Shown here one piece after another: positions 28,943 to 37,455 of a stretch of 54,547 bases of DNA. This stretch comes from an uncultured Lentisphaerales bacterium (GTDB taxonomy: Bacteria > Verrucomicrobiota > Lentisphaeria > JABSQK01 > UBA12247): NCBI GenBank assembly GCA_943788985.1, contig CALSSJ010000016.1:1-54547 (forward strand), given 5' to 3'. The position numbers and the translations under genes were made by a program. Below the pieces are notes generated by a model, which was given only the letters and a program-made list of their open reading frames with translations, ran no database searches and was not told the DNA's origin. Position 1 is the stretch's first letter, and each line of letters begins with the position of its first letter.

Positions 28943-29763
28943 GTCAATTTCTTCCAGTCTACGTCATTCCACGCCAGAGTAACCGGCGCACTCAGTAATT
29001 GGATGCGGGGGTGGGCACAAGCCGCCTCCCGATCCGACTGCCTATTGTAACCCCAATCGACCAAATACAAGTCCAGGCTCTCGAGCCTGGAATCAGCGAC
29101 TACCTCGCGCAAAGTATCAAGGCGGTCTTCGACGAAGGCAAGGTTTTTGCAAGTCGTTGCCAGTTGAGCCAAGACTTCCGGCTTCGGGCCAGCTTCGAGT
29201 CCAAAAACTGCTTCGGACGGCACGGAAAGGTCCATGGTTTCAAGCAGCGCCAGCGCAAACCGGCGCTCTTTCGTGGTAATGACGGCAATGGCTCCACCGG
29301 CAGCAATCCAGCCGCGCACGGCGTCTACCATGTGAGGATAAAAGCGATGAATTGCGAGCCAGCCGCTGAAATCGTGTTTCAGCCATTTATCGCGGACTTT
29401 GCCGAATCTATGCTTGAGTTGGGCTCGCCAAACTTCTGGCGCAAGGTCACGAACGGCGGCCTGATCGCGGATAGCGCTGGCGATCCATTGAGATTGAGCT
29501 AGAATCTCGTTCGGAGTTACACCGTGATCAAGCGCAGCAATCAGGAGAATTGATTCATATCCGGTCATCAGAGCAGGTCGGACTTGGGTAAAAGCAGCAA
29601 GCAGCGCGGCACTGGGAGCTGGGCTTTCGGGGTGCAAATAACGCCAAGCGCTGTGAGCGAGCTCACTGGCACTGTCGCAGAGCACCCCGTCGAAGTCCAG
29701 CGCCAAGATCGCGTGGTGCGGCAATTCGATCTTTCTCACTGATTTCAAGGGGTGCATAACCAT
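28939..29763 (-). CDS. HAD-superfamily hydrolase
   Basis: LALDFDGVLCDS (motif I), ITTK, FVEDRLDTL, LVDWGYN; start uncertain. Confidence 0.85.
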   Translation of the reverse strand: MVMHPLKSVRKIELPHHAILALDFDGVLCDSASELAHSAWRYLHPESPAPSAALLAAFTQVRPALMTGYESILLIAALDHGVTPNEILAQSQWIASAIRDQAAVRDLAPEVWRAQLKHRFGKVRDKWLKHDFSGWLAIHRFYPHMVDAVRGWIAAGGAIAVITTKERRFALALLETMDLSVPSEAVFGLEAGPKPEVLAQLATTCKNLAFVEDRLDTLREVVADSRLESLDLYLVDWGYNRQSDREAACAHPRIQLLSAPVTLAWNDVDWKKLT

Positions 29764-30008
29764 ACAAACAATCTGTTGATAAGCTGTTGGCTACGCATAG
29801 GGTAACGTTACTAACATTTTAGGGCACCGGTTAGCCACGGACTTATCGGCAGGCTTTGGCCACCATAATTGATTGAATACCAAGCACTTCCGAATTTACT
29901 AACATAATCCACAGGTATAATACTAATTTTAGATTTACATGACTTTAACATCCTATATAGTTCCTTCGCGCCTTTGCCAGCCACATCCGCAATGAAGTTA
30001 TACTTTCC
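29764..30008. other. Probable chromosomal replication origin (oriC)
   Basis: DnaA-box-like 9-mers TGTTGATAA (29774), TTACTAACA (29808), TTAGCCACG (29831), TTATCGGCA (29843) and tandem TTACTAACA-TAATCCACA (29896-29913), then GG and an AT-rich trio-like tract. Directly upstream of dnaN; gene orientation diverges here. Confidence 0.75.
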
Positions 30009-31103
30009 ATGAAGCTCACGGTTCCCGTACAAGATCTCCTCGACGGCCTTCGCAAGGTTCTGAGTGTCGTCAGCAGTCGCTCCACGATTCCCATCCTCAG
30101 CAACGTTCTACTTACCGCTGACGAGGGGAGCCTTAGTCTGACCACCACAGACCTTGAAGTCAGCATCCGAACCAACATGACCGCAATGGTGGAAGAGCAG
30201 GGGGAGACAACTCTTCCGGCGAAAACACTTGGCCAGATTGTTTCGTCCCTGCCCAACGGTGACGTTCTGTTGCAAACCGATGAGAATAGGACGACCACGA
30301 TCGATTGCAATCGAGCCCACTTCAGCATTATGGGAATGAACCCCAGTGAGTTTCCGCGTGATGGCGACTTCCAAGAAGATCTCCAGCTGACCTTGTCACG
30401 GACGTATCTTGGCAAGACTTTGCGCAAAATCTCGTATGCCACCAGCTCAGATCAGACCCGCTACATTCTGAACGGAATCCTGCTCAGCGTGAAGGAAGGA
30501 AGCTTTACCTGCGTGGCCACGGACGGACGTCGCTTGGCGATGGTCGAGAAGTCAATGGCTGGCGCAGAACCAAGTATGGACGGAGACGCAGTCCTTCCAG
30601 CAAAGGCAGTGACTGAACTGCAGAAGCTGCTGGATGGCGAGGGTGATGTGACGGTTCGAATCTCCGATTCACGTGCGGCTTTCGAAATGGCCGAAACGTC
30701 GGTCACGACTAAGTTGGTTGAGGGTAACTACCCGAACTACCGGCAGGTGATTCCTGGTTCGTTCGAACGTTCCGTGAGTATCCCACGCGAGTCGTTCTCG
30801 GAAGTGCTAAATCGTGTATCGGTCGTGCTTGCAGACAGCGGTGCATCGGTAAAGTTTGAGCTGGAATCTGGGCTACTCGAACTCAGCGCCAGCTCGAGCG
30901 AGATTGGTGAAGCCAAAGAGCCGGTTGATGTCTCCTACGAAGGCGAGCCCTTGAAGATCTCCTTCAACCCCGGCTTTTTAGGGGCACCATTGCGGTTTCT
31001 TGACTGTGACGAAATGCTGCTTCGCTTTAATGACCAGTATAAGCCTGTGGTGCTATTGGGCGACGAGGGCTTTCTTTACGTCATAATGCCGATGCGCAAC
31101 TAG
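30009..31103 (+). CDS. dnaN: DNA polymerase III beta sliding clamp
   Basis: TIPILSNVL, TTDLEV, RYILNG, VATDGRRLA, EGNYPNYRQVIP, YVIMPMR. Confidence 0.97.
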   Translation: MKLTVPVQDLLDGLRKVLSVVSSRSTIPILSNVLLTADEGSLSLTTTDLEVSIRTNMTAMVEEQGETTLPAKTLGQIVSSLPNGDVLLQTDENRTTTIDCNRAHFSIMGMNPSEFPRDGDFQEDLQLTLSRTYLGKTLRKISYATSSDQTRYILNGILLSVKEGSFTCVATDGRRLAMVEKSMAGAEPSMDGDAVLPAKAVTELQKLLDGEGDVTVRISDSRAAFEMAETSVTTKLVEGNYPNYRQVIPGSFERSVSIPRESFSEVLNRVSVVLADSGASVKFELESGLLELSASSSEIGEAKEPVDVSYEGEPLKISFNPGFLGAPLRFLDCDEMLLRFNDQYKPVVLLGDEGFLYVIMPMRN

Positions 31104-31181
31104 TGGTTGGTATTCATCCATAGGTTCCGTCGGGCCTTTCGAGTTCCGGCTTGCCCAACTCTGAGCGAGTGATCGCAGGTA

Positions 31182-32261
31182 ATGGCCAATCTGGCGCGTC
31201 TACGTCTCGGAGATTTCAGGGTCTATGAGTCCTTGCGGCTCGATCTGGCCCCAGGTATCAACTTGCTGGTCGGTGACAATGGTGCTGGCAAAACTACGAT
31301 CCTTGAGGCAATTCACTTTCTCTGTTTGCTTCGTTCCTTTCGGACTCGCCAAACCCAGCAGCTGAAACGATGGGAGCAGTCGGAGTTTGTGGTTTCCGGC
31401 CAGTTAGCAGGCCAGAAGGAAACTAAAATGGGAGTGCGGCTGGCAGAGCGCCGTGAGTTGCGCTTGAATGGGGAAGCTGTCTCCCGAGCCAGCGAGTTTA
31501 TCTGCCAGTACCATTGCGTTCCGTTTTTGCCCTCGGATCAAGAGCTGATCCGCGGGCCAGGGAGTGTGCGCCGGCGATTTCTTGACGTGCAACTCTGCCA
31601 GCTACGACCAAGCTATCTCCAAGCGCTGTCGATCTATGGCCAAGCTATGAAGCAGCGAAACGTGCTGTTGCGGAGTTCGCAGCCAGACGTCCGGTTGTTC
31701 GCTGCCTACGAAAAGCAGATGGCGCGTGAGGCGGCCGAGATTCTGGCGGCACGGCGGGCGTACGTGGCGGAGCTTCAGGGGTATCTTTCAGCGCGGGCTG
31801 AGCAGATCTTGGGGAATGAAGCCACCCGGGCTGTCTATCGCGGTTGCAAGGCGGATAGCGAAGATGCACTTCGGAGAGCACTGGCAGACGGTCGCTCCCG
31901 TGACATGGTACGAGGGTTTACCCAGACTGGTCCGCATCGTGATGATATCATCATGACGCGCGGTGGGCGTTCGCTTGCCAATTTTGGATCAGAGGGACAG
32001 TGTCGCGGTACGGCCGTGGCCCTACGCATGGCAGCCACCGACTGTTTACTGGCCCAAAGACAGGAGCAAATACCCGTAGTGTTGTTGATAGACGACGTAA
32101 CCGGCGATCTGGACGGGACGCGTAAGGCGCTCTTTCTAGACTTGCTCTCGGAGGTAGACCAGGCAGTGGTAGCCGCTACCGACTGTGCGCTTGTAGAGCA
32201 GCTGAGACCACGCGTTGTGATGCGTGTTTCTAATGGTACGGTCTCCACCATCGATGGATGA
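31182..32261 (+). CDS. recF: DNA replication/repair protein RecF
   Basis: GDNGAGKTTILEAI, RSFR, GPGSVRRRFLD, TGPHRDD, GSEGQ, LLIDDVTGDLD. Confidence 0.93.
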   Translation: MANLARLRLGDFRVYESLRLDLAPGINLLVGDNGAGKTTILEAIHFLCLLRSFRTRQTQQLKRWEQSEFVVSGQLAGQKETKMGVRLAERRELRLNGEAVSRASEFICQYHCVPFLPSDQELIRGPGSVRRRFLDVQLCQLRPSYLQALSIYGQAMKQRNVLLRSSQPDVRLFAAYEKQMAREAAEILAARRAYVAELQGYLSARAEQILGNEATRAVYRGCKADSEDALRRALADGRSRDMVRGFTQTGPHRDDIIMTRGGRSLANFGSEGQCRGTAVALRMAATDCLLAQRQEQIPVVLLIDDVTGDLDGTRKALFLDLLSEVDQAVVAATDCALVEQLRPRVVMRVSNGTVSTIDG

Positions 32262-34764
32262 AGAAGCAAATATCTTCCTTTATCTGGCGGCTGTCAAAAA
32301 GCTGTGGGAGACTGATCCGGCGCAAGCTCACAGCCTTGAGGTTTTCCTCACCTGGGAGCAGGAGTATAACCACTCTCCCTTCTTGATCCCGTCCGACAGC
32401 ACCACGATTTTACAGGGGCAATGCTCCTTGATCGGGGATAAACACCGGATCGCCTGCTGTGTCTGGGACTTTACCGAAGAGGCCCCGGTCCTCCGCGTCG
32501 AGGGCGATACCTCCATTCAGCGCTTTCGAATCGTTTTTGACGATGGCTATCCAATTTTTGAAGAACTCGACCTGCTCTATGTCACCGAGGATGCGCTCAG
32601 TTACGGCGAAAAGCTGGAAGTAATCTACGACGTCGTAAACTATCTGCGACAGCACAGACCGCAGCTGGACGTTCGTAGCCTTTCTCTAGCCGACTACCGT
32701 GAAGCTCTGGAAGCCCTTGCTCCGGCCTATGAATCGCGTACCATCTTGATCATGCACCGAGAGACCCGCCCACACGTGCGAGCCTTTGTGCGGACCGCGG
32801 TAGAGGATATGGCTGCAGACGAGATCAGTAATCAGCTAATTCTGCCCTTGGACGGAACCTATGCGCTGTCGCGGGACGTCATCAAAGCGCCCCACTCCAC
32901 CCACAGCGCTTTCGTGCTGCTACAACCGCAGACCGGCTGGCGAGTCTTGCAAGAGCTGGAGTTCCTAGCCGAGGCATTTCGCTACCGAGCAAAGCTACGC
33001 GAAGATTTTGTCCTCCAGTTTGACCAAGCGAAAGTGCTGGAGGAGAACGAACGCCGAGGATTGGTTTTAAAGCTCTCTCTGGGCACTGACGCCCCAGTGG
33101 GGGGCGGAGACCGCCTGCTGGTCTACAATCGCGGAGAGAGGGCTCCTATAGGCCTTCTGACGCTTGATTTGGATGAAGGGCAGTACATGATCGGGACCTT
33201 GAAGTGGAATGACTACAGCGCTCGGGACAGCATTCACGATCCGGAGATCTATGCCAGGCCGCAGCGCGGACCCGAGAGTTTTGCTTCGTCCATGTTTGAC
33301 GCGTTGGTGGTGAACTTCAAGGACAAGGGAACCTTTGAATCGCCAGCCTTGTGTTCGGCCTTCGGGGTCGAGCGGACTCGCTATACGCACCATGGGCCGC
33401 CCGATGTATGTGTGGCAGATCTGGACTCGAGTCAGGCTCAAGCTTGGAAGAATGCAGTAGATGACGAGAACCCACTGGTCGTAATTCAGGGACCGCCCGG
33501 CACTGGGAAAACCCATGTTTTAGTCCGAGTAATTCGCGAACTTGTTGCATCTGGACAGCGTATTTTAGTGACAGGACCTTCCAATGTATCTGTCGATAAT
33601 GTGTGCACAAGAATACTAGACCTTCCGCTTTTGAGAATTGGAAAACAGCGCGATTCTATCAATGAAATTGTGTCCAAAAATAGTTGGATGTATAACATTG
33701 AAGCAGTTCGCGAATTCCAGAGAAAAAATAAAGACCAAAAGGCATCAGTTTATGCGGGCACGCACATTGGTATTTTGAAGGAAGAGCTGATCAGTATCGA
33801 TGCTGAAAAGAATGGAATATTCGATGCGATAATTTTTGATGAAGCCGGGATGGCAAACCTTGGTGAATTTGCACTTTGTGCCAAGCTGGCTCGCCGTGCG
33901 ATTCTGTTCGGCGATCATCAGCAACTGCCGCCTTTTCCCCTACCTCGAGAAGTGGAGGATCACCTCCGCGGCTTCCGGGTTGCAGATCGTGCTGTGTGGA
34001 GTGGGATTCAATTGAGTGCGCTCCAGTGGCTGATTGACCGTCGTGGTCTACCTGTCAACCTGTTGCGGACCTCGTATCGCTGTCAGAACCCACGTTTGAT
34101 GCGCTTTGCCAGTACGCTCTTCTATAACGCGAGGGTGCGTGCGAGCGCACAGGCAGAGTATTACACTTTACCCTTCGACGAGCGGCTGAAGGTATACCCG
34201 CCCAATAGCCTGCGGATCTTCAGCACAAGCCGTTTACCGCTCCCGCTGCGCAAAGAGACACTATTGATTTCAGGCAACCGCCCTGGGCTCGAGAATGCAT
34301 TGGAGGCGCGCGTGGTGATTGCGCTGTTTTATAGTCTCCTGCGGCGTTACCCGATCGAGGAGATCACTGTGATCACCCCCTATCGACGGCAGGCGCGCCT
34401 GATTCGGAAGTCTCTGTCCTTGGCTGCGGCCCGCGGAATCAAGCCCGACCTCACCCTCAAGCCGGACGAATGGGATGGCTTTCTCCGGCGGCATATTGCC
34501 ACTGTCGACAGCTTTCAGGGCGGCGAGAGTGATGTGGTCATCATTTCTTACGTCCGCAGTAACGACGGAGGCGGAATCGGCTTTGTCGACGACCCACACC
34601 GGATCAACGTAGCACATACGCGCTGTCGCCGAGAGCTGATTATCGTCGCAGACATCGACTGCCTCGCCGCTCAGGCACGCAATAACATTCCACGGCGGTT
34701 GAGACGCGCAATTCTTCGTGACGGAGAGATCTCTGATGTTCCACCAGGCTTTGCGGAAGAGTAA
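32254..34764 (+). CDS. Superfamily 1B (Upf1/DNA2/IGHMBP2-like) helicase with ~390-aa uncharacterised N-terminal region
   Basis: QGPPGTGKT, PSNVSVDN, DEAGM, GDHQQLPP, SYRC, ITPYRRQ, TVDSFQGGESD, RINVAHTR; ATG 32254 overlaps the recF end. Confidence 0.9.
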   Translation: MDEEANIFLYLAAVKKLWETDPAQAHSLEVFLTWEQEYNHSPFLIPSDSTTILQGQCSLIGDKHRIACCVWDFTEEAPVLRVEGDTSIQRFRIVFDDGYPIFEELDLLYVTEDALSYGEKLEVIYDVVNYLRQHRPQLDVRSLSLADYREALEALAPAYESRTILIMHRETRPHVRAFVRTAVEDMAADEISNQLILPLDGTYALSRDVIKAPHSTHSAFVLLQPQTGWRVLQELEFLAEAFRYRAKLREDFVLQFDQAKVLEENERRGLVLKLSLGTDAPVGGGDRLLVYNRGERAPIGLLTLDLDEGQYMIGTLKWNDYSARDSIHDPEIYARPQRGPESFASSMFDALVVNFKDKGTFESPALCSAFGVERTRYTHHGPPDVCVADLDSSQAQAWKNAVDDENPLVVIQGPPGTGKTHVLVRVIRELVASGQRILVTGPSNVSVDNVCTRILDLPLLRIGKQRDSINEIVSKNSWMYNIEAVREFQRKNKDQKASVYAGTHIGILKEELISIDAEKNGIFDAIIFDEAGMANLGEFALCAKLARRAILFGDHQQLPPFPLPREVEDHLRGFRVADRAVWSGIQLSALQWLIDRRGLPVNLLRTSYRCQNPRLMRFASTLFYNARVRASAQAEYYTLPFDERLKVYPPNSLRIFSTSRLPLPLRKETLLISGNRPGLENALEARVVIALFYSLLRRYPIEEITVITPYRRQARLIRKSLSLAAARGIKPDLTLKPDEWDGFLRRHIATVDSFQGGESDVVIISYVRSNDGGGIGFVDDPHRINVAHTRCRRELIIVADIDCLAAQARNNIPRRLRRAILRDGEISDVPPGFAEE

Positions 34765-34791
34765 GAATCCAGGTCCCTTTCAGGTAGCTTT

Positions 34792-36159
34792 ATGAGCGGC
34801 TCTATTATTGTGATTGATGTACCAGGTCTTGACCAATCTCACCTAAGCAAAATGCCTAACTTAGCTAGTATGGCAGACAAAGGTAGGCAAGGAGAGGTAC
34901 GTGTTGAGGCACCAGCCTTGACCCTTCCTGTGCACGCTGCCATGACCTCTGGACTTTCTCTATCCCAGCACGGAATTATTGGTAATGGCTGGTACGAAAG
35001 AGATAGAAATGAAGTCTTCTTCTGGCCCCAGAGTGAGAAGCTGCAGCAGGGCGAAAAAATCTGGGATAAAGCGCATCCATATTATCAGGGTAGTAGGAGC
35101 TTTAAATGTTTCATGTGGCCCGGAATGGCATCCAGTGCCGACAGCTATATAAATGTGCGTCCAGTCTACTTTGCAGATGGTCGAAAAAAGTCAGGTGTCT
35201 ACTCGAACTCGCCGGCTGCCTTGGAACGGATCATTAAGTCGTGTGGAGAGTTTCCGCTCCATCGTTTCTGGGGTCCCGGCGTCTCAATCGAATCGACACG
35301 CTGGATTGCGCAGGCCTGTGCTTCGGAGATTCGCGAGAGAAAGCCGCGCCTAAGTTTTGTCTATCTCCCACATCTGGACTACCATGCGCAGACTTTAGGG
35401 CCAGGGCATCAGCAGATTGGCAACGAGGCGTCGGCTCTTGATGCGGTGTTAGCGGAGTTTTTTGCGGCAACGGCCAGTGAGCAGCCAACTTTCGTCGTAA
35501 TGAGCGGTTACCAGATGAACGCGGTGTCGGGACCAATCTGGTTGAACCGAATTCTGCGAAAGAGCGGGCACCTGGAGGTTGTAGAAAATGAAGCTGGAGA
35601 GCTGATTGATTTTGCGCGTTCGTCTGCCTTCGCGATAGCGGATCACCAAGTCGCCCATGTCTACGTAAATCGCAATAAGTGCGATGAAGTAAAGCAACGT
35701 CTTTTGGCAGCCGATGTGGGGGAAGTACTGGGACGCGTGGAGCAGGAGTCGCGCAAGTTATGGCATCCGCGTTCTGGAGAGTTTTTGGTGCTGGCCAAGC
35801 CTGACCGTTGGTTTGCATATCCGTATTGGCTGGACGAGAGCAAGGCCCCTGATTTTGCCCAGACGGTGGCAATTCATGCCAAACCAGGTTACGACCCGTG
35901 CGAGATGTTGTTTGATGAACGGCTGCGGTTTCCGAAGTTGAGCGTGGCTAAGAGACTACTGTTGAAGCGGTGTGGATTTCGGAGCCTGATGGACGTGGTG
36001 AGTCTGGATGCCACGCGGATTCGGGGATCTCACGGAGTAGCGCCTGCCGCAGGAGCCCCTCGGGCTACGTGGATTTGCTCGTCGGCTACAGGCGGGTTTG
36101 GAGATGTGTGGCGTGTTGCTGATCTCCCCGGAGTGATAGCTACACTTTCTGGCAGTTGA
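34792..36159 (+). CDS. eboF: Nucleotide pyrophosphatase/phosphodiesterase, EboF-like
   Basis: PALTLPVH..TSG nucleophile motif, HGIIGNGWY, YLPHLDY, AFAIADHQVAHVY, YWLD..APDFA..HAKPGYDP, RGSHG. Confidence 0.8.
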   Translation: MSGSIIVIDVPGLDQSHLSKMPNLASMADKGRQGEVRVEAPALTLPVHAAMTSGLSLSQHGIIGNGWYERDRNEVFFWPQSEKLQQGEKIWDKAHPYYQGSRSFKCFMWPGMASSADSYINVRPVYFADGRKKSGVYSNSPAALERIIKSCGEFPLHRFWGPGVSIESTRWIAQACASEIRERKPRLSFVYLPHLDYHAQTLGPGHQQIGNEASALDAVLAEFFAATASEQPTFVVMSGYQMNAVSGPIWLNRILRKSGHLEVVENEAGELIDFARSSAFAIADHQVAHVYVNRNKCDEVKQRLLAADVGEVLGRVEQESRKLWHPRSGEFLVLAKPDRWFAYPYWLDESKAPDFAQTVAIHAKPGYDPCEMLFDERLRFPKLSVAKRLLLKRCGFRSLMDVVSLDATRIRGSHGVAPAAGAPRATWICSSATGGFGDVWRVADLPGVIATLSGS

Positions 36160-36215
36160 TTCTGAATCGCAGTCCAGTATCGTACGCGCTTTCTTATCTG
36201 AGATCGAGGTGAATC

Positions 36216-36371
36216 ATGTCCGTACACAGAAGTTTGAAAAGCAACGGCCAAATAGCGGCCAAGCGCAATGTATTGAAGCGTTTTGAGCGTATCGACCAGC
36301 TTCAGGAAGAAGGTCGTTGGAAGCCCGGCGTCAAGGTGCTCGGTCTGCCCAAGACTAAGGTGCAAGACTGA
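36216..36371 (+). CDS. Small basic protein, PVC superphylum signature protein (51 aa; not in ORF track)
   Basis: GAGGTG RBS; MSVHRSLKSNGQIAAKRNVLKRFERIDQLQEEGRWKPGVKVLGLPKTKVQD, with the RNVLKRxERI...W...GLPK pattern. Confidence 0.9.
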   Translation: MSVHRSLKSNGQIAAKRNVLKRFERIDQLQEEGRWKPGVKVLGLPKTKVQD

Positions 36372-36394
36372 ACTAGTCGTACGGGCCTACTTGC

Positions 36395-37057
36395 ATGTCA
36401 AAGTCCTCGGAGGACGTTACAGGCGGTGGCCCGGTTACGGTGAACGAGCTCGTCCGCAAGCGTGGCGGACAGCTTGTTACCACCGATTGCGCTGGAACTC
36501 TTAAGATTCCAGACGAAGTCGTGCTCACGCACGGCGTTTTGCCTGGCAGGTGTTTCGAAGCGGACGACTGGCAGGCGGTCCTAGCTGCTGTAGATCGGCA
36601 ACTTTGCCGCGAGTGCGTACTTCGTATCCTGCACCGCCGGGCCCATTCCCAAATCGAGTTGAGCAGAAAGCTGTACCAACGCCGCTACGGGCGGAAGCTG
36701 GTGGCCGAAACCCTTGATTGGGCTACCGAACAGGGGTTGCTGAATGATCGCCTATTCTGCGAGCTTTTCCTTGACGAAAAGCGCCAGAACGGAGAGTGGG
36801 GCCCCTACCGCATTCGCCAAGAACTGCTGCGCCGTGGCATAGACCGCGAGTTGATCGACGCAGCCGTGGATGCTAGCCCGGACTACGACGAAACCGAGCA
36901 AGTCATGACCTTAGCGCGCAAGAAATGGGCACGACTCACAGGCCGCGAGGAGGCTTCGCCCACGTTAAAACAAAAGCTCTATCGGTACCTTGCAAGCCGC
37001 GGATTCAGCTTCAGTTTGATCCAACAGGCGCTAGAGAGTCTGGAGCAGGAGGACTGA
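36395..37057 (+). CDS. recX: Regulatory protein RecX
   Basis: RRAHSQIELSRKL, GLLNDRLF, GPYRIRQELLRRGI, KLYRYLASRGF. Confidence 0.9.
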   Translation: MSKSSEDVTGGGPVTVNELVRKRGGQLVTTDCAGTLKIPDEVVLTHGVLPGRCFEADDWQAVLAAVDRQLCRECVLRILHRRAHSQIELSRKLYQRRYGRKLVAETLDWATEQGLLNDRLFCELFLDEKRQNGEWGPYRIRQELLRRGIDRELIDAAVDASPDYDETEQVMTLARKKWARLTGREEASPTLKQKLYRYLASRGFSFSLIQQALESLEQED

Positions 37058-37108
37058 GTCGCTGGCTTTGTCTTGACACAGCCTCGGTACATAGGCAAGT
37101 TACGGGTT

Positions 37109-37117
37109 TGCTAAAAT
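37109..37117 (+). promoter_or_regulatory. Extended -10 element upstream of rpsT
   Basis: TG-C-TAAAAT ending 62 nt before the rpsT ATG. Confidence 0.35.
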
Positions 37118-37179
37118 TTTTGCGCACGCTTGACTTGATGATGTGTGCGCGAATCACTCCATCCTTTGGAAATATTTAC

Positions 37180-37449
37180 ATGCCTAATTCAAAATCCGCG
37201 AAGAAACAGTTGTTGCAGGATGCAGGACGTCGCCAACTGAATCGTCACAAGAAGAGCCGTATTGCTACGCTCGAGAAGAATTACCAGGCGGCACTCGCTG
37301 CCGGCGAGCTTGATCAGGCCAGAGCGCTGCTGTCACAGACCCTGAGTTGTTATGACAAGGCAGCCAAGACCAACTTGGTACATGGGAATAAGGTCGATCG
37401 CAAGAAGGCGCGGTTAACGCGCGCTCTCAGCGTCGCAGCCCAAGGCTGA
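37180..37449 (+). CDS. rpsT: 30S ribosomal protein S20
   Basis: MPNSKSAKK...RRQLNRHKKSRI...DKAAKTNLVHGNKVDRKKARL; true start ATG 37180. Confidence 0.93.
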   Translation: MPNSKSAKKQLLQDAGRRQLNRHKKSRIATLEKNYQAALAAGELDQARALLSQTLSCYDKAAKTNLVHGNKVDRKKARLTRALSVAAQG

Positions 37450-37455
37450 CGTACC

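Noticed and set aside
35107..35122. parS-like TGTTTCATGTGGCCCG
   Set aside because: The right half-site is broken (about 12/16 match) and it is not palindromic.
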